This document shows positions 43,091 to 54,253 of a stretch of 64,000 nucleotides of DNA, in pieces. The stretch is from Macrostomum lignano (taxonomy: Eukaryota): assembly GCA_002269645.1 (NCBI GenBank), contig NIVC01000732.1:248001-312000 (forward strand), read 5' to 3'. Every line of letters begins with the position of its first letter. The stretch's first letter is position 1. Both the position numbers and the translations under genes were made by a program. The notes under the pieces were generated by a model. It had not been told where the DNA came from. It did not search any database and saw nothing but the letters and a program-made list of their open reading frames with translations.

Positions 43091-43756
43091 TCAAAGTACA
43101 CTTGGTGCAGATGCGTTGCCAACGATTCGCTCAATAGAAGCCGAAAAACTTGTTGTCTCGGCTAACACATATTTTCCATTGTCTTTGTCGCCTTGGGTCT
43201 TGGTTGGCACAGCAGCACCGGTCACCAGAGAATGACTCTCGCCTTTTTCCGCGCTTCTGGCTGTTTTTTGCTTCGTGGACTTCTTATTTTGAAGCACTAC
43301 AGCCAAGATGGTAGCAAAAGTACACAAAATTAATGAGACTGTAACCAGTATAATAATTATATGCCAGGTAGCGAAGACCGTCTTTGATGAAGAAGTTTCG
43401 CCAAAACTGTTCAACTTTTGAGGCTCACTGATTGACCTCTCGGACAATGCGGTGATTCCAACTGCACTGCTAGTGTAAACAGCTGTTGTTGTCAACCACA
43501 AGCAGTAGCCAGCTCTCCACAGCCTCTTGCACCGCAGCGACCAATAGGGGCTGTGAATTTCATTGCAGTACGGGTTGAGGCACTGCGCAGGGCACGACTC
43601 GCATGTTCCAGACAACTCGCTGTAGTAGCTACCTGGAGGACACACCGCGGCCTGACGCATGTACGATCTGATCCGCATGGTCATGCATTGTGTCAAACTC
43701 ACCGATGCCATCAGCAAAACTATGAGCCTTAGGCTAAGTTGACAGCTTGCAAACAT
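43091..43756 (-). CDS. Single-CRD TNF-receptor-like type I membrane protein 3
   Basis: Signal peptide LRLIVLLMASVSLTQC; CPPGSYYSELSGTCESCPAQC; TM WHIIIILVTVSLILCTFATILAVVL followed by NKKSTK. Confidence 0.85.
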   Translation of the reverse strand: MFASCQLSLRLIVLLMASVSLTQCMTMRIRSYMRQAAVCPPGSYYSELSGTCESCPAQCLNPYCNEIHSPYWSLRCKRLWRAGYCLWLTTTAVYTSSAVGITALSERSISEPQKLNSFGETSSSKTVFATWHIIIILVTVSLILCTFATILAVVLQNKKSTKQKTARSAEKGESHSLVTGAAVPTKTQGDKDNGKYVLAETTSFSASIERIVGNASAPSVL

Positions 43757-44323
43757 TGTGCTTATTCTATTTTTTTAAAGTTGATAAAGTTTCGAATATT
43801 AACCGGATTTTGGATTCGTGATGCAAAATTTTAGCTCCGTCGTGCAAAATAAAGGATTCTAAAACACTGTACTAGCGTATGCGCTTTCGATTGTACTTAA
43901 ACATGCACTCGTATGCTAAAAATAGCATGCCGAAGTTCCACACAATGTTCATTGCACAAAAGGAGGGCTTTCATACTCGTATTGTTGCCAAAGCCGTACT
44001 GTAGTGCTCAGTGATTTTAATTTATCAGAATATAACAGAAAAAACTTCAGATATACTTTTTAGCTAAAAAGCATCCGTGTTCGTATCTTACCTGTACTTT
44101 ATTGATGAGCCTGTACAAGCTTTTTTCGCCATTTACTGAAATGTGGTTGCTATTTTGATAAACTAAACGCATCGAAGCGAAAAACATACGCAACAGAAAG
44201 GACTGAATAAACAACTCGATTAGACAAATATATATTTGAATTAATTTTTAGTCAACCAAGTAGCGTTAGCACTTGCATTAATTTTCATTATGTCAATAAA
44301 AGTTCACCCATTGACTGAAGACA

Positions 44324-44795
44324 TCACCCATTGACTGAAGACATTACCCATTGACTGAAGACATTACCCATTGACTGAAGAAATCACCCATTGACTGAAG
44401 ACATTACCCATTGACTGAAGACATCACCCATTGACTGAAGACATTACCCATTGACTGAAGACATTACCCATTGACTGAAGACATCACCCATTGACTGAAG
44501 ACATTACCCATTGACTGAAGACATCACCCATGGACTGAAGACATCACCCATTGACTGAAGACATCACCCATTGACTGAAGACATCACCCATTGACTGAAG
44601 ACATCACCCATTGACTGAAGACATCACCCATTGACTGAAGACATCACCCATTGACTGAAGACATCACCCATTGACTGAAGACATCACCCATTGACTGAAG
44701 ACATCACCCATTGATTGAAGACATCACCCATTGACTGAAGACATCACCCATTGACTGAAGACATCACCCATTGACTGAAGACCACCCCTTGACTA
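44324..44795. repeat. 20-bp minisatellite (CCCATTGACTGAAGACATCA)
   Basis: Period 20; about 23 copies. Confidence 0.97.
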
Positions 44796-45315
44796 AAGAC
44801 AGGACCTCCAAGTAAAGATAGCCACCCATGACCTGCTTCACCGACCTTTTAACGACACTGATGTAGAACCACTCGACGTTCCGGAAGTGATAAATTAATT
44901 TTTTAACTATTTCTCTATTGTCTCAGTGCTAATGCTTTCAGTTCTTTTCTATGCTCGCTGTGTATTTTTCAGAGTAAAGATGTATGTTATTAGTCTTAAA
45001 TATCAGTTTGACTAGTTCTAAATTAATCAAATATACTTGAAGAGGTTGATAGAGTAAAAAGATTAACATAGCTATCAATAAAGAAAAGAAAATGATACTG
45101 TTTGCTAACTTTCAATATATTAATTATTTTCTGTCACTGTTTAATTGATGAACTAGGATATTAGTTTAGAATGATTATGATTTTGAGTCAAGTTTATTCG
45201 CATAAAAATCCAGTAGACCTTTGGCCAAGTCTTGAGCTGTCGCGTTTCGTTGAGCTGTCTAAAACAAAAATATAACACCAGCGTTATAAAGTAGTTCGCA
45301 TTATCTGATTAGAAA

Positions 45316-45475
45316 GGGTTGTAGCCTAGTGGTAAGAGCGTCAGACTCGCGGCTGAAAGGTCGAGGGTTCGATTCTCGGCCCACTCGGAACAATTTGTGT
45401 CCTTGAGCAAGACACACTTACATGTAACTCTGCATTGCTTCAGTTCACCCAGCTGTGAAATGGGTGCCAGCATTA
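45316..45475 (+). mobile_element. tRNA-derived CORE-like SINE
   Basis: A box TAGCCTAGTGG (45322), B box GGTTCGATTCT (45366), then GTGTCCTTGAGCAAGACAC...CTTCAGTTCACCCAGCTGTGAAATGGG, resembling the MIR/CORE consensus. Confidence 0.8.
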
Positions 45476-45665
45476 GCTTTAAACGACACCGGTTAAAGCA
45501 CCGGTCACTGTGCCTTGTGGGTTGGCCCACAAGGCTGTTAATTGCACGAGCAGAGCCAAGCCGAGATTCCAATTTTGCCCCAAATTAATGTGACTGCACT
45601 TGGAATCGAGCCCAGGCCGCTGGTACAGCAGAGGGCTACGGCAGAGCGCAACTGAATCATCGCAG

Positions 45666-48600
45666 TCACGAACGCAGACTTACCAGACGCTCCATCGCTT
45701 TGGCCTTTTCTTCTCGCAGAGCTGCGCTGTTCAGCACCATCTGCTGGTTTTCTTCAATAATTCGATCGATAATATTCGCTGCCGGGCAGTAGAGCAGCGC
45801 CATCAGCACCTGCTGGGCATCGGGAGATTCTGACGGCTTCAGCAGCTCAGTGAACCAGCTGACATCCCCGCCAGCACCGGAGATCAGTTCAAAGTGGAGA
45901 CATTTCAACAAACAGTCGAAGTTCATAAAGAACATTCTAGAACTTCTTTCCAACTCTAAAGGAAAATTTGCTTGCAGAGATGGCGGCAGAAATTCCAGTC
46001 GAATTTGTTGATGCTGGGAAAACTTGAAGCAAAACTTCCAGGCGCAGTCGCTGGTGACCAGGTATTGCTCCACGAGGCGGTTGGCTCTAGCTTGGTTCGA
46101 TGCCAGATCGTCCGACCTCCATTGGGGATATCTGATGCCACTGTGAGATCGGAATGTGTGACTTCTGATGGCTTGGACTGCCGCGGCTCTGTCCCCTTCT
46201 CTGAGATGCGTCAGCACTCGAAGCGATGTCGCTGTGGTTCTGGCGCACGCCGGCAAGTCATTAATCAATTTCAAATGCTGCGCCAAGCTGCAGCTGTTTC
46301 CAGGCGTTGCCAGGTTGACCAGCAACTGCCTGACTAAATCGTACAATTGATGGTACTCTTGCACCGAGTTGGTGCTGTCTGGACTTTGAGCATCGAACTC
46401 TTGGCACAGTTGCAGGTCCGGCATGACTAGAAAAGGTTGATAGTAAAACACCTGACAGGCAGGTCTCAGAATTTCTGAGCAATATTGCTCCAGTTGATTT
46501 GTCAGATCCTGCCGCACCGCCTCGATGGCATCGAAGATCTGCTGCCGATCGGAGTGGCCTGGTTTAAGTCTGACGCGAATCGTCGGACAAAAAATATCAG
46601 GGATCAGTGCGGCAGTGCCATCCGAACTAGCTAGGAGATAGTTCTGCAAAGTGCGCAGTGACTGGCGAGTCAGCTTGAGCACATTCTCCAGGCGCCATTC
46701 TCCACTTGGAGTCGAATGAAGCATTTGAAATAGGAGCAACTTTGCCAGATTTTCGGGTAAACCATCCACTAAGCGAGTCAGTAGTCGAGCGATGATGTAC
46801 TTTAATAGAACAAAAACCTGACCCTGAACAGTGCTCAGACAGCGTAATAGTCTTTGCTCAAGGAATTGCGTACAAAACTGAAATAGACTGGATGGTGTAG
46901 CATCTCGACAGCGTTCGGCGTAGCACCTTGAACTACTCAACTCTTTTTTCAGCTGACTGATTACGTCATCAGTGAGTTTGGTCTCTGAATTCTGCAGCAG
47001 GCTTACCGGAGGATGACGGCAGCTTTCCAGCACAGGTGAGTGGCTGATTGCTGGAATCTTGGCTTGGACAGATCCGACAGACTTGGATGGCGACAGTTCA
47101 TCTGCAGTTCGAGGGGAAATGTTAGCGGCTTGATTCCCAGTTTAGCTCGTAAATAAGGCCTTCACTGCCCCTGCTCTTCCCAACAACTGCTATAGTGCTG
47201 CCGCTGCTATCGTTGTCGTGCTAAAGCCCCTTGGTGCTAAAGCCCCTTGGTGCTAAAGCCCCTTGGTGCTAAAGCCCCTTGGTGCTAAAGCCCCTTGGTG
47301 CTAAAGCCCCTTGGTGCTAAAGCCCCTTGGTGCTAAAGCCCCTTGGTGCTAAAGCCCCTTGGTGCTAAAGCCCCTTGGTGCTAAAGCCCCTTGGTGCTAA
47401 AGCCCCTTGGTGCTAAAGCCCCTTGGTGCTAAAGCCCCTTGGTGCTAAAGCCCCTTGGTGCTAAAGCCCCTTGGTGCTAAAGCCCCTTGGTGCTAAAGCC
47501 CCTTGGTGCTAAAGCCCCTTGGTGCTAAAGCCCCTTGGTGCTAAAGCCCCTTGGTGCTAAAGCCCCTTGGTGCTAAAGCCCCTTGGTGCTAAAGCCCCTT
47601 GGTGCTAAAGCCCCTTGGTGCTAAAGCCCCTTGGTGCTAAAGCCCCTTGGTGCTAAAGCCCCTTGGTGCTAAAGCCCCTTGGTGCTAAAGCCCCTTGGTG
47701 CTAAAGCCCCTTGGTGCTAAAGCCCCTTGGTGCTAAAGCCCCTTGGTGCTAAAGCCCCTTGGTGCTAAAGCCCTACGATGGCACTCCCAAAGGTAAGCCC
47801 CCAAAGCAAAAGTCCTGGCTACATACCCAAGCAGTCTCCTCTGTAGCTCAAGCGGCCGTCTTCGCGCAGCTCCAGCTGCTCTCCCGTTGCTCCTGGAAGC
47901 AGAGCTCTACCGCTGCCGCAACGACAGACGCCGCGAACGTGCAGCACCCGACCGGGCACCGGCAGAACCAGCTTCACTTCGACATCGTCAGCTTCAAACT
48001 CGCCGTTAGCGCAGGCAAGTTGGGCACCCCAGCAGTCGGCAAAAGTGCCCGACAGGCGCATTCGAAGGTCCTCGAAGTTGTTTTCATCGTCGCCACGGTG
48101 GCACAGCCTGGTCAAACGAGCTCGACAGATGGCCTCGGTGGCATCAACCGTGGCGGCATGCAGACAGGCAGTCAGCTGGTGAAATCCGGCTGCCAGCAGG
48201 TTGCGATGGAGGCTGACGCTGAGATCGGAGTCTGAGAGCAGCGGCCTGGGTATGAAGAGAAGTTCACACTCATGTCTAACAGTCTAACAGGTGACAAACT
48301 TATGTCTAACAGTCAAACAGGTGTTACACTCCTGTCTAACAGTCTAAGAGGTGTCACACTCCTGTCTAACAGTCTAAGAGGTGTCACACTCATGTCTAAC
48401 AGTCTAACAGGTGTCACAATCATGTCTAACAGTCTAACAGGTGTCACACTCCTGTCTAACAGTCTAGCAATGACTCCAGAACCTTATGCACCAGACGATC
48501 ACCTTTCTGGATCCGTAGCAGCTAATGCATCAATTTCGCCTGTTACTTCTCGAAGCTCGCTAGCCAGGGTCGCGTGACCTCGCCGCTGTGCCGCCTGCCA

Positions 48601-51511
48601 AGCGGCGTCGCCACGAAAATCTCGCGCCGTCGGGTCGGCGCCCCCGGCGCCACCAACCAGCAGGCGGGCGATTCGAACGTCGCCAACTCGAGCTGCCAAA
48701 TGCAGCACCGTCTCGCCGGTGTCTCCGCGTCGAAGATTGGCGTCGGCGCCGGCGTGCAGTAGCTTTCGAACGGCGCCCAGCTGGCGCCGAAGCGCCGCAG
48801 TGTGTAGCGGAGTGGCGCCGCTAGCAGCGGTGCGGCAATCGATGGGGGCGCCAATGACGGAGGCGGCCAGGCACCTGTGGTGTCGATTTGGAAAATCCTT
48901 ACTCTCGATTTCACCTACTCTACCGAGTCTACTCTACCGAGTCTAGTCTACCGAGTCTAGTCTACCGAGTCTAGTCTACCGAGTCTAGTCTACCGAGTCT
49001 AGTCTACCGAGTCTACTCTACCGAGTCTACTCTACCGAGTCTACTCTACCGAGTCTACTCTACCGAGTCTACTCTACCGAGTCTACTCTACCGAGTCTAC
49101 TCTACCGAGTCTACTCTACCGAGTCTACTCTACCGAGTCTACTCTACCGAGTCTACTCTACCGAGTCTACTCTACCGAGTCTACTCTACCGAGTCTACTC
49201 TACCGAGTCTACTCTACCGAGTCTACTCTACAGAGTCTACTCTACCGAGTCAACTCTACAGAGTCTACTCTACAGAGTCTACTCTACCGAGTCTACTCTA
49301 CCGAGTCTACTCTACCGAGTCTACTCTACCGAGTCTACTCTACCGAGTCTACTCTACCGAGTCTACTCTACTGAGTCTACTCTACTGAGTCTACTCTACC
49401 GAGTCTACTCTACCGAGTCTACTCTACCGAGTCTTCTCTACTGAGACTATTCTACGAATCTATAAAAAACTCTACCAAATCAATTCCTTCCACCTGACAA
49501 CTCTCGAGTAGCCCCTCTGAGCAGCCACAAACATCGGCGAGAATCCGCCGGGCGCCGTCAGGCCCGGGTCGGCCAGCCCAACCGACACCAGCAGCTCAAC
49601 TGAGGCCGTCTGGCCGCCCTGAGCCGCCAGGTACACCGGAGTGGCGCCCCTGCGCGTCTGTCGATCAACGTCAGCCTGCATAGCAACCAGCAGGGCAAGC
49701 ACCTCAGGGCGACCTTGCCGTGCGGCCAGGTGCATCGGCAGGGCAACTTCCGGACTCGCCTGCGCCGCCAGCAGCGCCGACACCGTCCCGACGTGCCCCG
49801 CCTCGGCCGCTAGCGACATCGGCGTCGAGCCGCAATCCGCCATTGCATCGACGTCGGCTCCGGCCACCGCCAGCCGTGTCACCATGGCAACTCGACCGGC
49901 CCTGGTGGCCAGGTGCATCGGTGAATAACCACCGGCTGCCGTCCTCGAGTCCAGACCAGCCTGGCCGCGGATCAGCTCCGCGAGACAGTCGGCACGGTTT
50001 GCGACCACCGCCAGATGAGCCGCCGACGCGCCGTCGTGACGCCGAGCGTCGGGATCGGCGCCGCAGTTGAGCAGCAGCCGAATCTGCTCTGGTTGAGAGC
50101 TGGCTACTGAGAGTAGTAGCGCCGTCTCGCCAGAGCGTCCCGACACAGCGTTCGGATCGGCGCCAGCTCTCAGCAGCTGTCCGACTGTCGAGAGGCAACC
50201 CCGGCGTGCAGCTCGACCTAGCGCCGTTGTGTCACCGTCGTCTGCGGCATCATCGAGAGCGTCGACATTCACGTCGGTAAATGCTTCTTCGTCGGCCAGT
50301 GCTAATGCAGCATCGACATTGAGCGGCGCTTGAGCTTGGTACAGCCTCGAGAGGACATTCGGGTCGAGCGGGGAGTGGCTGTAATCTTCAGTGGCGATGC
50401 TGTTCACATCCGCTTGGGCTCTGATTAGCTCGTCCATTGCCGCGTAGCTCTGGAATCGGGCCGACAGGCTGAGTGGCAGCAGTGCTGAGCTGCCGCACAG
50501 GTTGGGGTTGGCCTGTGAGGCAGTTGAATTGGTTGGTTCAATTAGTATACTACTTTAAGTAGGTTAGTTCAGTGAGATGCTACACAGAAATATAACCAAT
50601 TTATTCTACACAATATTCAATATTTTCAAGCTACACAACCTACCTTATCTACCCAACCTACCCAATCTACCCAACCTACCCAATCTACCCAATGCATTAC
50701 TGAGGCTCCATGGCCACATACAGGCCCCATTAAACCACTTCAGGAAGCAATCCTTGGCCACCTGTGCATCCAGCAGGAGTCGGATCAGATCTAGACGTCC
50801 CGACATCGAGGCAATCGCCAGAGGCGACATCAGAGCGCCGTCCTCGCGGCCGCCTTGATCCGGATCGGCGCCGGCCTGCAGCAGCAGCAGCCTCACAGTG
50901 TCAACGTGTCCACCGCGGCAGGCGGCAGCCAGTGGTGATTCGACAGCAGCATCAGCGGCAGCAGCCGTATCAACTACTTGCAGTAGTTTCCTGATAACAG
51001 AATCCCGGCCGAGTGCAGCGGCAGCGGCCATCGGTGTGGCATCAGCGTGGTTTTCCTCGCCGTAGTTGGCATCGGCCCCGATGTCCAGCAGGGCAGCCAG
51101 CAGACGGTCGGAATCGTCGGGGTGTTCAGCAGTGCAAGCGATGCGCCACCACAGCCTGGGGTCGACACCGCCTTGGATCAGCAAGCAGCCAATCGAGACG
51201 GTTGCAACCGACAGAATGTTCTCCGGATTGGCTGCACTTTTTAACAGCAGCAGCTCCACCGTTGATTGATGACCGAACCGAGCTGCCGCGCCGAGGGGCG
51301 ACTCGCCGAACCGATCCGCGGTGTCCACTTGAGCCATCCGGCTGATCAGCAGCGACGCCAGGGAATCCCGACCTCCCGCCGCCGCGTGCCACAACGCCGA
51401 CCGGCCCAGGCTGTCTGCGGCATCGACTGCAACCGACTGGCTGTCGAGCAGCCTTCGCGCGTCGGCCACGTCGCCAAGTCTGGATGCCGCGATGAGCTTG
51501 GCTTCAGCCAT
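45666..51511 (-). CDS. Ankyrin-repeat plus Mab-21/cGAS-like (cGLR-type) nucleotidyltransferase, 1331 aa
   Basis: Exons 51511-50762, 50512-49494, 48874-48503, 48245-47827 and 47101-45666 have GT/AG borders, consistent phases and total 3996 nt. About 18-20 ankyrin repeats (GESPLGAAARFGH, GETVLHLAARVGD). NTase motif LSGTFADCWG...EADDVEVKL. Mab-21-like helical lobe FLEQRLLRCLSTVQGQVFVLLKYII...AKLLLFQMLHSTP..EWRLEN...LIPDIFCP. Confidence 0.82.
47217..47771. repeat. Near-perfect 16-bp intronic minisatellite (GGTGCTAAAGCCCCTT)
   Basis: Period 16 (47221 to 47237); about 34 copies. Confidence 0.98.
48267..48467. repeat. 30-bp intronic minisatellite (TGTCTAACAGTCTAAGAGGTGTCACACTCC)
   Basis: About 6-7 copies. 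Confidence 0.93.
48912..49475. repeat. 14-bp intronic minisatellite (CTACCGAGTCTACT)
   Basis: Period 14 (49021 to 49035). Confidence 0.96.
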
Positions 51512-52094
51512 TCCAGGCTGAGCAGTGAGTCACAGTCGATGCATTTCATCAATTGGCTAATTTTCCTATTATTACCTTTTTGGAGTCGGCTCTGTGCAAT
51601 TTTCTCCGTTATGAATGAACGAGCTTGAGAGGGGGGAGAGGGTTTATTAATTGAGAATTTGAGGGTTAGAGAGTGCACTGCCCAGTGTGCTTGAGCTACC
51701 TGTGCAAACTCGAAAATATGTACGATAGTAATTCTTAAAATAACAGAGTCGAGGAGAGGAGAGAGAGGAGAGAGAGTGTGTGTGTCGTGCGTCGCGTGTG
51801 TGTGTGTGTGTGCATAGCTTTCGAACGTTCGACTTCATTTGTGAGTTGGAGTTTTTTTTCAAACCGAAAAATCTGCCTTAAATTTTTCTCTTTCATGCAA
51901 TTGTTACAATGGCTATCATTGTGCAAAAATTTGCGCAGTTCAAAAAAACTTTGGGTACATATAGAGGCTAATTCAAGCCACTGAGGGCATGGGTGTAGCA
52001 TTATAAACAGCTGATTAATGCAGCTTATCTCTCTGTATTTCGTACCTTTCTCATTTGTGGTGGGCAGTCTTGATCAAAGCAGTCATTATCGCAA

Positions 52095-53790
52095 TCAAAG
52101 CCATGACCATAAACTATAGCCACAATCAGAGTCATAGCTGTGACCATAACATAATAGACATTATCATAGTTATGACCATGACCTTAAACTATATAATAGT
52201 CATAGACATGACCATAAACTATCGACATGATTAGAGTCATAGCCCTGACCATAAACTATCGCCATGATTATAGTCATAGCCCTGACCATAAACTATCGCC
52301 ATGATTATAGTCATAGCCCTGACCATAAACTATCGCCATGATTATAGTCATAGCCCTGACCATAAACTATCGCCATGATTATAGTCATAGCCCTGACCAT
52401 AAACTATCGACATGATCAGAGTCATAGCCCTGACCATAAACTATCGCCATGATTATAGTCATAGACATGACCATAAACTATCGCCATGATTATAGTCATA
52501 GCCATGACCATAAACTATCGCCATGATTATAGTCATAGACATGACCATAAACTATCGCCATGATTATAGTCATAGCCATGACCATAAACTATCGACATGA
52601 TTATAGTCATAGCCCTGACCATAAACTATCGCCATGATTATATAGTCATAGACATGACCATAAACTATCGCCATGATTATAGTCATAGCCCTGACCATAA
52701 ACTATCGCCATGATTATAGTCATAGACATGACCATAAACTATCGCCATGATTATAGTCATAGCCATGACCATAAACTATCGCCATGATTATAGTCATAGC
52801 CCTGACCATAAACTATCGACATGATTATAGTCATAGCCATGACCATAAACTATCGCCATGATTATAGTCATAGCCATGACCATAAACTATCGACATGATT
52901 ATAGTCATAGACATGACCATAAACTATCGCCATGATTATAGTCATAGCCATGACCATAAACTATCGCCATGATCAGAGTCATAGCCATGACCATAAAGTA
53001 TCGCCATGATCAGAGTCATAGCCATGACCATAAAGTATCGCCATGTTCAGAGTCATAGCCATGACTATAAACTATCGCCATGATTATAGTCATAGCTGTG
53101 ACCATAAACTATCGACATGATTATAGTCATAGACATGACCAAAAACTATCGCCATGATTATAGTCATAGACATGACCATAAACTATCGCCATGATCAGAG
53201 TCATAGCCATGACCATAAACTATCGCCATGATCAGAGTCATAGCCATGACCATAAACTATCGCCATGATCAGAGTCATAGCCATGACCATAAACTATCGC
53301 CATGATCAGAGTCATAGCCATGACCATAAACTATCGCCATGATCAGAGTCATAGCCATGACCATAAACTATCGACATGATCAGAGTCATAGCCATGACCA
53401 TAAACTATCGCCATGATCAGAGTCATAGCCATGACCATAAACTATCGCCATGATCAGAGTCATAGCTGTGACCATAAACTATCGACATGATTATAGTCAT
53501 AGACATGACCATAAACTATCGCCATGATTATAGTCAAAGACATGACCATAAACTATCGCCATGATCAGAGTCATAGCCATGACCATAAACTATCGCCATG
53601 ATCAGAGTCATAGCCATGACCATAAACTATCGACATGATCAGAGTCATAGCCATGACCATAAACTATCGCCATGATCAGAGTCATAGCTGTGACCATAAA
53701 CTATCGCCATGATCAGAGTCATAGCCATGACTATAAACTATCGCCATGATTATAGTCATAGCCATGACCAGTAAACTATCGCCATGATCA
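52095..53790. repeat. 37-bp minisatellite between the divergent genes (CATGACCATAAACTATCGCCATGATTATAGTCATAGC)
   Basis: Period 37 (52284 to 52321); about 45 copies; derived from CATAGC-like hexamers. Confidence 0.96.
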
Positions 53791-54253
53791 TACTTCGCAG
53801 TCGCAAAACTATGAAACAACTATGACACTTGGCGAGAGTTCGCAGCATAATTTACCGTCATGACAGCAACTCTTTTCTACCGTTAACTGTGCTTGTATAC
53901 AGGTGAAGACTGAAGAGAAGTGTTTTCAAGTACACCAGTCCTGTGCAGCCGACTCATATGAAAACAATAATATATACTTGGCTGCAACTATTATAAATAA
54001 ATGCATTATATGCTTCAGCTGGTGCTATTTTTATCCATTTCGCAATGCTTCATGGCCGGAGTGTACAGTCAGTGTCTGTTGCTCTGTAACAAGGAACTAT
54101 TCAATGTACAATTAGGTGTACATCCGTTAACAGTTTTATGACTCCTTATTTAAACGTTTAGAAGCCTCTCTCGTAGGGTTAAAGAATACAAGATTTCCTA
54201 GAAATCTCACTGAGCAGCATTTTGAATATTGCCAGAGACATTGTCAAAAACAC

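Noticed and set aside
45316-45390. tRNA gene
   Set aside because: A and B boxes are present, but there is no complete acceptor stem, the sequence runs into a CORE-like domain and it recurs as truncated copies, so it is a SINE.
47759-48235. 158-aa plus-strand ORF
   Set aside because: It is antisense to the exon carrying the nucleotidyltransferase motifs, which has proper splice sites on the minus strand.
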